From Octopus sinensis (Eukaryota), in the NCBI RefSeq assembly GCF_006345805.1, contig NW_021827687.1:1-10046 (forward strand): a stretch of DNA of 10,046 nt, in the 5' to 3' direction. This document shows, piece by piece, positions 1 to 8,330 of this stretch (the first letter of the stretch is position 1; every line of letters begins with the position of its first letter). Made by a program: the position numbers and the translations under genes. The notes below the pieces were generated by a model that saw only the letters and a program-made list of their open reading frames with translations, had not been told where the DNA came from and ran no database searches.

Positions 1-4
1 TAAT

Positions 5-190
5 ACGTGCATGTGTGTAATGTATGTATGAATGTATGTATGTATATGTATATTATATTATATCATATATATTATATATGTGTATATATATTATAATATA
101 TATATATATATATATTCATGCATATATATGTATGTGTGTGTGTGTGTGTGTATATATATACTATATAATATATATATATATATATAAATG
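5..190. repeat. Compound (TATG)/(TA)n/(TG)n microsatellite
   Basis: Directly visible alternating TA, TATG and TG runs. Confidence 0.95.
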
Positions 191-300
191 TTTTGGGGTG
201 AGGCAAAATTCCCTGACTTGAAATGTTCAATGAGCAATTATAACTCCCTATTTATGAATAATTCCATATTACTCGGGGCAATAAATTAAATCTATGGCAG

Positions 301-331
301 AATAAAAAAAGAAAAAAAAAAAGAAAGAAAA
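301..331. repeat. A-rich homopolymer tract
   Basis: aataaaaaaagaaaaaaaaaaagaaagaaaa. Confidence 0.85.
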
Positions 332-581
332 TTAGGGGGAAAGATCACTATGTTTTGTCTGCGATAACTTGTCGTAGACGGGGGCGTAATACGGAAAATG
401 AAGACGATAAGGCCTCGGAGTTTGCTGGTCATTGCTCCCACGTGACAATGATTTTGCGCTATGCAATAAACTCGTTGAACCTAGCTATATATTCATCGCT
501 ACTTAATTCTATTAAAACATTATTTGCCTAGTTCCTAACATTGTCTATCATTTATTGTCTCTGCACGCCAAAATAATACAG

Positions 582-780
582 TAATAATATTTGATTTAGG
601 CTCAAGGCCTGTAATTTTGAAGTATATCATTTTGACCGGTACTTCATTTTATCGATCCAGGAAAGGTGAAAGGTAAATATGATATCGGCGGGATTTGAAG
701 ACAAATCCTAAAGAGCTTGAATAAATACCGCAAGGTATCTCTTCTATCTCTTTAACGGTTCTGCAAACATGCGCAGCCCT
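582..780 (-). mobile_element. SINE family A, copy 1 (highly diverged, near full length)
   Basis: Motifs collinear with the other family A copies: ggctcaaggcc (vs ggcacaaggcc), ggtacttcattttatcgatcc, gaaaggtgaaaggtaaa, ggcgggatttgaa (reverse complement of B box), taacggttctgcaaa (head end). The tRNA-type head lies at the right end, so sense is the minus strand. Confidence 0.75.
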
Positions 781-783
781 CCG

Positions 784-930
784 AATAATAATAATAATCT
801 TTTCTATTAAGGGCACAAGGCCTGAAATTTGGGGAGGGGGTAAGTCGATTACTTCGACCCCAATGCGAAACTGGTGCTTATTTTATCGACCCCGAAGGAT
901 GGAAGGTAAAGTCGACCTCAGCGGAATTTA
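784..930 (-). mobile_element. SINE family A, copy 2 (5'-truncated within the B box), including (ATT)5 tail at 784-798
   Basis: ggcacaaggcctgaaatttggggagggggtaagtcgattacttcgacccc...ctggtgcttattttatcgaccccgaaggatggaaggtaaagtcgacctcagcggaattt; matches the copies at 970-1183 and 6051-6280. Confidence 0.9.

Positions 931-969
<39 letters not shown>
931..969. repeat. (AAT)13 microsatellite, the 3' tail of SINE A copy 3
   Basis: 13 perfect AAT units abutting the SINE body. Confidence 0.95.
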
Positions 970-970
<1 letters not shown>

Positions 971-1183
971 GCTTCAATTTTGTCACAAGGGCAGCCATTT
1001 TGGAGGAGGGTATAAGTCGATTACGTAGACCAAGGGTGTTTCACTGGCACTTAATTTATCGATCCCGAAAGGATTAAAAGCAAAGTCGACCTCGACGAAA
1101 TTTGAGCTTAGAATGTAGCAGCAGACGAAATACCATTAAGGATTTCGTCCGGTGTGCTAACGATTCTGCAAGCTCACCGCATC
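970..1183 (-). mobile_element. SINE family A, copy 3 (full length)
   Basis: Full motif order present; degenerate B box (1097-1109) and A-box region (gattctgcaag) on the minus strand; ends gctcaccgc. Confidence 0.9.
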
Positions 1184-1239
<56 letters not shown>

Positions 1240-1243
1240 TAAT
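1184..1243. repeat. (AAT)~20 microsatellite, the 3' tail of SINE A copy 4
   Basis: 18 perfect AAT units followed by GAT AAT. Confidence 0.95.
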
Positions 1244-1370
1244 AGGCACAAGATCTGAAATTTTGGGAAAAGGAGATAATCCATACCAGTGTGAAAATGG
1301 TACGTATTTCATCGATCAGTACGTAACTGGTTCAAATTTTATCGGTCAGGAAAGAGAAACAAAGGCAAAG
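1244..1370 (-). mobile_element. SINE family A, copy 4 (headless, with an internal 30-bp duplication)
   Basis: aggcacaagatctgaaattttggg...cagtacgtaactgg...ttttatcggtc...aaaggcaaag. Confidence 0.8.
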
Positions 1371-1490
1371 AGGTCGACTTCGTCTTTCAAATTTTCAGGG
1401 TCGATAAAGTAAGTACCAGTTGAGCATTGGGGGTCATTGTAATCGCCTAATCTCTTACACGAATTTTGAGGCCTTGGTCAGAAAGGACAT
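1370..1490 (+). mobile_element. SINE family A, copy 5 (headless, opposite orientation)
   Basis: gaggtcgacttcgtctttca...agggtcgataaagtaagtaccagttgagcattggggg...tgtaatcg...aattttgaggccttgg is the reverse complement of the body of copies 2, 3 and 7. Confidence 0.85.
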
Positions 1491-1744
1491 TTTACGAACG
1501 TCAATGCAGGGTTATGTGGTAAAGAATAGTTAATGAAATTTATCAATATTCATAAAGGTTAATGTGGTAATTTCAGTACTTTAGCAATTACCTATTTTAG
1601 GTAACCAATATTATTGCGATCTGTAGGATAAATTCATATTTCTAGAGGTTCGCCTTCGTCTAATTTATTATTACAGGCCGAAGAGTGGTGTACACTGGTC
1701 ATACCCGCATACAGACCGACTTCATTCCCTGTGTTCGACAGTGA

Positions 1745-1814
<70 letters not shown>

Positions 1815-1830
1815 CCTACCTATCTCTCTC

Positions 1831-1880
<50 letters not shown>
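1745..1880. repeat. (TATC)~34 = (GATA)n tetranucleotide microsatellite
   Basis: 136 nt of TATC with short TACC/TCTC interruptions. Confidence 0.97.
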
Positions 1881-1883
<3 letters not shown>

Positions 1884-1925
1884 ATACATTCCAATAAAGG
1901 CACTGGTATACAGACATACACTCCT

Positions 1926-1933
1926 ATGTACAT

Positions 1934-1987
<54 letters not shown>

Positions 1988-2049
1988 GTATACATATATA
2001 ATGTATGTATGTATATGCGTACACACCCACACACACACATATATATATA

Positions 2050-2110
<61 letters not shown>

Positions 2111-2165
2111 TTCATACACACATACATATGTTTTTGCTAATATGAATATACATATCTACACTTAC
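1926..2165. repeat. Compound (TA)n/(TATG)/(CA)n microsatellite
   Basis: Directly visible. Confidence 0.93.
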
Positions 2166-2367
2166 ACAGAGAGAGAAAAAAAAAACGCACCTATAAGCAC
2201 ATTAATTAAAACATCGTAATGCACCAGTGCATACATATGTGTTCTATTCATACGCGGTCCCTTTAAGAATTATCAACAATAGCCAATGTGGTTTTTATGT
2301 GAAAAGTCGGTCAATAAATGAACGAGGGCAGAGTGAATTTGAGATTCTATAACAAAACCTGGATCGC

Positions 2368-2437
2368 ATGCGCGCGCGCACACATACACACACACACAAA
2401 CACACACACACATACACACACACACAAACACACACGC
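2368..2437. repeat. (GC)5-(CA)n microsatellite
   Basis: catgcgcgcgcgcacacatacacacacacacaaacacacac... Confidence 0.93.
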
Positions 2438-2555
2438 ATTGAGGTGCGTAAGAGCAGCCGAGTAACTTATTAAATACGCCTAGTTAGCTAATCTTTACCT
2501 CAATCAAGCCAACCAGTTCTAATATCGGGTCATTTTGTTGCACTAACTAAACATC

Positions 2556-2556
2556 C

Positions 2557-2588
<32 letters not shown>

Positions 2589-2728
2589 AGATATATATAT
2601 ATATATACATATATATACATATACATACATACATTCATATATATATATATATATATGCTGTATGCATACATACGTACATACATATCGTTCTACACACATT
2701 CTATCTATCTATCTATCATCTATCTATA

Positions 2729-2763
<35 letters not shown>

Positions 2764-2801
2764 ATCTATCTATCTATCTCGCTCTCTTTCTCTCTCTCTC
2801 C

Positions 2802-2856
<55 letters not shown>

Positions 2857-2990
2857 TACATACATACACATACATACACACACACACACACATATATAAA
2901 TATATGCATGTATGCCTGTATGTATGCATGTATGTATGTATGTATGTGTATATATGTGTACGTATGTATATTTATATAAATATATATTAT
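2556..2990. repeat. Compound microsatellite (TA)n-(TACA)-(TATC)n-(TC)n-(TA)n-(CA)n-(TATG)n
   Basis: Directly visible succession of motifs. Confidence 0.95.
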
Positions 2991-3058
2991 AGACCACACA
3001 TACTCAACGTATGTGTTTTGCTTCACTGGCGCCGCTTCTAAATCATATTTGAATATTA

Positions 3059-3110
3059 GTGCGCGCGCGCGCGTGTGTGTGCGTGCGTGCGTGTGCGCGC
3101 GCGCGCGTGC
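3059..3110. repeat. Perfect alternating purine-pyrimidine (GC)/(GT) tract, 52 bp
   Basis: G at every second position from 3059 to 3110; two (GC)6 blocks flank GT/GCGT units. Confidence 0.95.
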
Positions 3111-3117
3111 TTATGTG

Positions 3118-3345
3118 TGTAGGTCCTTGGTTCAGTGGTTAGGAGTGTTGCGCTCATGATTTGGGCTTCGATCCCTGGACCGATCGACGCGATTGCGCTT
3201 TTGAGCAGAACACTTCCTTTCAATTCGTTCCAGTCCACTTAGCTGGGGAAACTAAGTAATTCTATGGCAGACCGGCGTCTCATCCGGGTGGAATATATAC
3301 GCCGGAGAGCCCGGAAAACCGCCCTACGGCTCATAATAGAAACAA
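3118..3345 (+). mobile_element. tRNA-derived SINE, family D (CORE-like central motif)
   Basis: A box TGGTTCAGTGG (3128-3138), B box GGCTTCGATCCC (3164-3175, one mismatch to GGTTCGANNCC), then ttgagcagaacactt (3201-3215), which resembles the start of the CORE domain. The 3' limit is approximate and based on recall of a related element. Confidence 0.75.
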
Positions 3346-3463
3346 ACTGACATTAAAGTGTGGGATTAGCCAGTCTTTTTGTAGAGTAGTTATTCATTAT
3401 TCATTAAAAGAATAATGTTTATTACAGTGCCGGCCTGTTTAACCTCAATCGGACATCCGATAT

Positions 3464-3530
3464 TCATATATATATATATATATATATGTGTGTGTTGTGT
3501 GTGTGTATATTTCATACGTATGTGTGTGTA
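3464..3530. repeat. (TA)n-(TG)n microsatellite
   Basis: Directly visible. Confidence 0.9.
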
Positions 3531-3616
3531 TGTAGAATATGTAAATAATAGTAAGCAAACGTTATAATGTATGAAGCTTGAACGCCCGTTCGTTATCCTT
3601 TCCAAATAATAGTGAA

Positions 3617-3640
3617 CACACACACATGTATACATATGCA

Positions 3641-3681
<41 letters not shown>

Positions 3682-3750
3682 TATATATATATATATACCG
3701 GAGTAAGCACATATCTGCACCTTCTGTGTATACATACATACATATATATA
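3617..3750. repeat. (CA)n-(TA)n microsatellite
   Basis: Directly visible. Confidence 0.9.
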
Positions 3751-3947
3751 TCTCCACGTGCAATACATATGTTTTGACTATAGCGAAATGCATTTTGTTC
3801 TGAGCGATGACGTTAGAGACACAAAATGTATTGTGTTGGAGGACGATTGATTTCAGTAAAACAAATATTGATGCTCAGACATGGCATTCTTTATTCTTCA
3901 TTCATTAATCTTAATAATCTTTCAAAGAGGTTTCCTCAAGATTTACC

Positions 3948-4050
3948 TATGTATGTATGTATGTATGTATGTATGTATGTTGTAGGTATGTATGTATGTA
4001 TGTATGTATGTATGTATGTATTTACCTAGCTAGCTAGGTAGGTCTCTATC

Positions 4051-4086
<36 letters not shown>

Positions 4087-4185
4087 TACATACACATATA
4101 TGTTTGTGTATACCATATTCTTTATACATGTTTATGTTTATATACATAAACGTATACACACACACACCTAATATATATATATAAA
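3948..4185. repeat. (TATG)n at 3948-4020 followed by (TAGC)n, (TA)n and (CA)n runs
   Basis: Directly visible. Confidence 0.92.
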
Positions 4186-4877
4186 CTTTCTCATAACCTT
4201 CTACATCTGAACGGTTGTAAAGTAAGGCCGGTCATTAGGTTAATTAACTGGGGTAATTATCAGATTGTATTTTGTGTATAGAGAAATTTATACACGTTAA
4301 ATAAGATTTCATGTTTAAATTGGAAACTGGTTAGTGTTGTTGAATGCATATTTCGTTCCTTGTGTCTCGTCAAATGTTATCCATTTTAAGTTTAAATTTT
4401 TAGACCGCTAATTAGTACTACAATATTTTGTTTGCTATCGTTGTTGCTGCTAATTATTAAAAAAACGTCTTGATAAATCCAAGGTTTTTAAGTCCAAATT
4501 TCGTAATGAAAAATAGCAAAACTATTAAAGGCAATCAGTGTAATATAAATATAAGTACATGAACAGACAATGAAAATGGCGTCTCTAATGTTTATACCAA
4601 GACTGAGCTGATATCAAACGCTCATTATAATTATGAAGTATTATGATTGCATAGCTGTGTACATGTAGATTAGAAGAAATAAATACTTAGATATAAACGA
4701 AGATGGGTCTCCAAGCGCTTTTTGGATTTCGGAAAATTTGACGTAGTTTAACAATACTTTCTCCAGGAAATTATAAAACAAAGTTAGAGCAATAGAAAAC
4801 GGCAGAAAAGCTGAAATAGTAAAGCACTTTAAATTTTTATGAATCTCTACCAAAACAAAAACCGATTCCATAATTGT

Positions 4878-5190
4878 TAGACGGAAACTGTATGGAAGCC
4901 CATCGCATATATACATATGTGTGTGCGTGTGCTTGTGTGTGTGCGTGCTTGTCTGAGTATGTGAATGTGTATGTGTATGTGTGTGTGTCTGTGTGTGTGT
5001 GTGTGTCTGTGTGTGTTGATATATGTGTATTTTTGTCTTTTTGTTGGTCAACCGGTAACGGTTTGTTTACGTCATAGTGAGCTAGCGGTTCGGCAAAGAG
5101 ATAAATATAATATGCCCCAAACTTAAGCCTTCAATGCAGTACTCCAGCATGTCCGCAGTTCAATGACTGAAGCACATGAAAACAAAATAA
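4878..5190 (+). mobile_element. SINE family B, 5'-truncated copy with an expanded internal (TG)n
   Basis: tagacggaaactg..gaagccc..cg, microsatellite 4907-5030, gtttgtttacgtc, tagcggttcggcaaa, gcagttcaatgactgaa: the same motifs in the same order as the reverse complement of 9079-9300. Confidence 0.85.
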
Positions 5191-5547
5191 TAATAGCAGA
5201 TAAACACAGTGACCGCTTGAAAACTATTAGAACATTTAAACGAATTCAGTGTCGTAATTAACCTTCAACAAAAATTTGGTTTTGTCTTCCAATTAAATGT
5301 ATTATATAATTTAATGAAAGGACAGAAAAACATTGGTATTGATTAAGGAATATGAATGACAGCTTTTTCGATTATTCGAATAACCAAGAAATGAAAGAAG
5401 AGTAGGGGACATTGAATAAGGAAGGCAATGACACTTTGTCATTGAAAACGATGTAATTGATTGCTGCAATGATTAGGGTCAACTGAAGTATAATGTTTCT
5501 ACCAGGAACCTTTCACCAACTGTCAATATAAATATCAAAGAAAAGTG

Positions 5548-5613
5548 AACCATCGAGGGATCTTCCAAGCGGTCTCTTTAGCTTCTAGAAATAGCAACCG
5601 AATTTTACTCAAA
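5548..5613 (+). mobile_element. SINE family C internal fragment
   Basis: 5585-5613 matches the reverse complement of 7491-7519 at 23 of 29 positions. Confidence 0.65.
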
Positions 5614-5825
5614 CAATACATGGTGTGCTTTATGATTATAGAACCTAGCAAAAAAGAACTACCATGCAGAAAAAAACGATAACTACAAATTAATGAAATA
5701 ATTGCAAATGTTGAAGTCAGGGATTACAATTACAGAGAAGACAAATGATAACTTCGTCGAATTCAGTAACACAGTGAGAATTACTTCAAAGACTCGGATA
5801 ACAACATCAGCAAGGAAGACGATAG

Positions 5826-6050
5826 TTGCTTCAAATTTTGGCACAAGGCCAGCAGTTGGGGAGGGTGCAGTCGATTAGATCGACTCCAGTAGTTTACTGG
5901 TAGTTTATTTTATCGATTCCGAAAGAATGGAAGGTAGAGTTGACCTCGGCGGTATTTGAACTCAGACGGCAACGAGACGGAAGAAATGCCGCTAAGCATT
6001 CATTTTGTTAGGCCAGTTCACCGCTGTTTTGTTCTATCAGTTCACCGCTC
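5826..6050 (-). mobile_element. SINE family A, copy 6
   Basis: ttcaaattttggcacaaggccagc...gtcgattagatcgac...ttttatcgattccgaaag...gacctcggcggtatttgaactcag; intact B box on the minus strand (GAGTTCAAATACC, 5951-5963). Confidence 0.9.
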
Positions 6051-6280
6051 TAATAACTCTTTCTACGGGAAGCACAGAGCCTCAAATTTGGGAGAAGGGA
6101 TCAAGTCGATTAGAACCATCCCAGTGCGTAACTGGTACTTATTTAATCGTTCCCGAAAGGATGAAAGGCAAAGTCAACCTCGGTGGAATTTGAACTCCGA
6201 TCGTAGCGGTAGACAAAATACCGCTAAACATTTCGCCCGGCGTGTTAGCGATTCTGCCAGCACACCGCCTTTCACCGCCC
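6051..6280 (-). mobile_element. SINE family A, copy 7 (best-preserved full-length copy)
   Basis: Minus-strand A-box-like CTGGCAGAATC (6250-6260) and B box GAGTTCAAATTCC (6185-6197); body ttgcctttcatcctttcggga..cgattaaataagtaccag on the minus strand. Confidence 0.92.
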
Positions 6281-6315
6281 TAATAATGGTTTCTGATTTA
6301 GGCACGAAGCGAACA
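6281..6315 (-). mobile_element. SINE family A, 3'-end stub
   Basis: taataatggtttctgatttaggcac matches the starts of other copies (aatggcttcaattttgtcac, ttcaaattttggcac). Confidence 0.55.
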
Positions 6316-6474
6316 ATTGCTAAAGCGTAAGGTCTTAGTTGACACCATCGATCATAGTCTTTCACAGCTTTATTTGTCTTCATCTCATCAGCCCTGATAA
6401 GTAGACACGACAGATTGGTTTAAAGTTTCTCTCCACTCAGGACATCTAAGCATTGCCGATAAAATATTGTATAA

Positions 6475-6592
6475 AAGGCAAAATTTGAGTCCAACGGGAT
6501 TTGAACCCAGAATGTAAAGAAACGGGGGGGAAAAAATTATTAGGCATAATAATAATAATATCCTGATGCTGTAACGATTCTGCCAGCTCGCC
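6475..6592 (-). mobile_element. SINE family A head fragment interrupted by (AAT)n
   Basis: aaggcaaa, minus-strand B box GGGTTCAAATCCC (6496-6508), cagaatgtaaaga, and taacgattctgccagctcgcc (6572-6592). Confidence 0.75.
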
Positions 6593-6914
6593 AATCACGA
6601 GTTTAAACTATGAAATGAGAATCCGTAAACAGTCTGGAACGAATCATTGACATCTCATGAGAAAATGATGAAGAGTGTAGAGAGGAAAGGGACACACGAT
6701 GAAGGGTGTACACATGATAATGGAATTGCCAAACAAGTGTGTTCTTTAATTCGTTTTTAGTATACTATTTTTTTGTCTTTTTCGCTTTTTATTTTTTTGC
6801 TTCTTCCCTATTTTATTATATATAATTTTTTTTCTTATTCTCGTTCCTTCGTCGTTTTCGCAATCACATCTGGAAAATGTGAATACCTTTGGGTTTGGTT
6901 GTTTACAGAGATGT

Positions 6915-6951
6915 TGGTCGGTCGGTCGGTCGGTCGGTCGGACGGTCGGTC
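6915..6951. repeat. (GGTC)n microsatellite
   Basis: ggtcggtcggtcggtcggtcggtcggacggtcggtc. Confidence 0.93.
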
Positions 6952-7011
6952 TGTGGGATGGAGGGTGAGGTGTTGAGAGAGAAATATGGTGAATGTGAAC
7001 TGAAATGCTTC

Positions 7012-7325
7012 CTTGTGTGTGTGTGTGGTGTGTGTGTGGTGTGTGTGTGTGTGTGTGCGTGTTTGTGTGTGAATATTTGCGTATGAGTGTGTATTTGCGT
7101 GTTTTTCTGTATGTATTTGAATGTGTGTGCATTTGAGTGTGTGCGTATTTGAATGTGTGTATGTCTATGTGAGCGTCTCTGTGTGTGTGTGTGTGTGTGT
7201 CTATGTGTGCGTCTGTGTGTGTGTGTGTGTCTATGTGTGCATCTGTGTATGTGCCTATGTGTATGTCCGTGTGTGTGTATAGTTGATGCATGTTTCTGGG
7301 TAGGTGGGTGTATGTGTGTTTTCTG
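7012..7325. repeat. Degenerate (TG)n microsatellite block
   Basis: Directly visible, with recurring gtgtgtgtctatgtg subunits. Confidence 0.93.
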
Positions 7326-7352
7326 TTCATGTTTTGATGCTATACATTTTGA

Positions 7353-7557
7353 TTGTTGTTGCTGCTGTTCTGTTTAGCCCCAGGTAAATCCTGAGTGAAC
7401 AGAGCTATGATCAAAGGCATTCCAAGCGTGACCAACACGTTGTTTCCTATGTGTATAGAGCTCAGGAACTCATTAAACGATAAGTTCTTATTTGAAGAAT
7501 ATTTGGCTGCTGTTTCTAGCAGGTTAGGTAGCCAGTTAAAGGCACTTTCGTTTCTCG
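7353..7557 (-). mobile_element. SINE family C 3' portion with (AAC)n-type tail
   Basis: ttgttgttgctgctgttctgtttagccccagg...ctatgatcaaaggcattcc...atttggctgctgtttctagcagg; internal homology to 5585-5613 and 9651-9755 in the opposite orientation. No Pol III head is visible, so the SINE (vs LINE 3' end) call is inferred. Confidence 0.7.
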
Positions 7558-7558
7558 T

Positions 7559-7805
7559 TGTGTGTGTGTGGGGGGGGGGCATATGCGTATGTGTGTATGT
7601 GTGCGTGTGTGTGTATGTGATTGGTGTCGGTGTACGAGTTTTGTCACATGTTTTGTATGTGTTTGTGTATGTGTGTTTGTGTGTGTGCATGTGTGTGTGT
7701 GTGTGTGTGCGCGCTTGCTTCGTTTATGATATAAATATTTTATGTCATTTGTATGTGTTTGTCTGCGTATAAAGTAGAAACGTATATGTTGGTGTATGTG
7801 TGCAC
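7559..7805. repeat. Degenerate (TG)n/(TATG) microsatellite block
   Basis: Directly visible. Confidence 0.9.
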
Positions 7806-7847
7806 CTTTTAAAAAGTATACGTTGTAGGTCCAGCAAAAAAAAATGT

Positions 7848-7875
7848 GAATAAATAAATAAATAAATAAATAAAT
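7848..7875. repeat. (AAAT)n microsatellite
   Basis: gaataaataaataaataaataaataaat. Confidence 0.9.
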
Positions 7876-8050
7876 AGGGGCAAGGAGGAGGAGGGGAACG
7901 AGAAGAAGAAGAAGAAGAGGTGAAGGAGAAGGAAGAGGAGAGGACACTAAAAGGAGTGATGGCAGTAGAACGGGAGCAAGATGGGGCACTTGCTACGGAG
8001 AGGCGGGAAGAGAATATAGAGAGAACAGAGGCTGTTCAGAGTGAGATAAC
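7876..8050. repeat. Polypurine low-complexity tract (GGA/GAA)
   Basis: ggaggaggaggggaacgagaagaagaagaagaagaggtgaaggagaaggaagaggagagg. Confidence 0.85.
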
Positions 8051-8061
8051 GATTACGAGAG

Positions 8062-8330
8062 GGGTGTGTATATGTGTGTGTGTCTACATATAATATATGA
8101 GTGTGTGTTTATGGGTGTATATGTGTGCGTGTGTGGGTTTATGTGTGTGCGTATTTGTGTGAGAGAAAGTGACAGGGTGAAGGAGAGAAAACGGAAACGA
8201 AAGAAGTAGGGAAATGAAAGCAGAAAGGAAAAAAAAAATAATGAGAAAAAGACAAAGAGACAGGTGGGAATAAAGAAAGAGAGAAGAGAATATCGTGTGG
8301 GCATGGGGAAGATGAAAGGGTGTGTAATAT
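8062..8330. repeat. (TG)n followed by an A/G-rich low-complexity tract
   Basis: Directly visible. Confidence 0.8.

Noticed and set aside
331-530. Stop-free plus-strand frame through a GC-richer patch (…RRRGRNTENEDDKASEFAGHCSHV…)
   Set aside because: No recognisable homology and no convincing splice or start signals.
582-1490. CRISPR-like or satellite array
   Set aside because: Units are about 150-230 bp, diverged and truncated, and joined by (AAT)n; there are no short identical repeats with unique spacers and the context is eukaryotic.
3118-3200. tRNA gene (also the B boxes at 5951, 6185 and 6496)
   Set aside because: A/B boxes are present but I could not build a cloverleaf or find an oligo-T terminator; each continues into a SINE body.
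4023-4040. Perfect 18-bp palindrome tacctagctagctaggta
   Set aside because: A by-product of the self-complementary (TAGC)n unit within a microsatellite block.
4641-5051. 136-aa minus-strand ORF, and the plus-strand peptide YLDINEDGSP (EF-hand-like) near 4684-4713
   Set aside because: The ORF starts in the SINE B microsatellite. The plus-strand peptide is bounded by stops, lacks the rest of an EF-hand and lacks good splice signals.
5956-6330. 124-aa and overlapping 62/69-aa ORFs with normal-looking composition
   Set aside because: They lie wholly within tandem SINE A copies; the homologous copies elsewhere do not keep these frames.
6915-6951. G-quadruplex in (GGTC)n
   Set aside because: Only GG runs; two-tier quadruplexes are weak and unremarkable.
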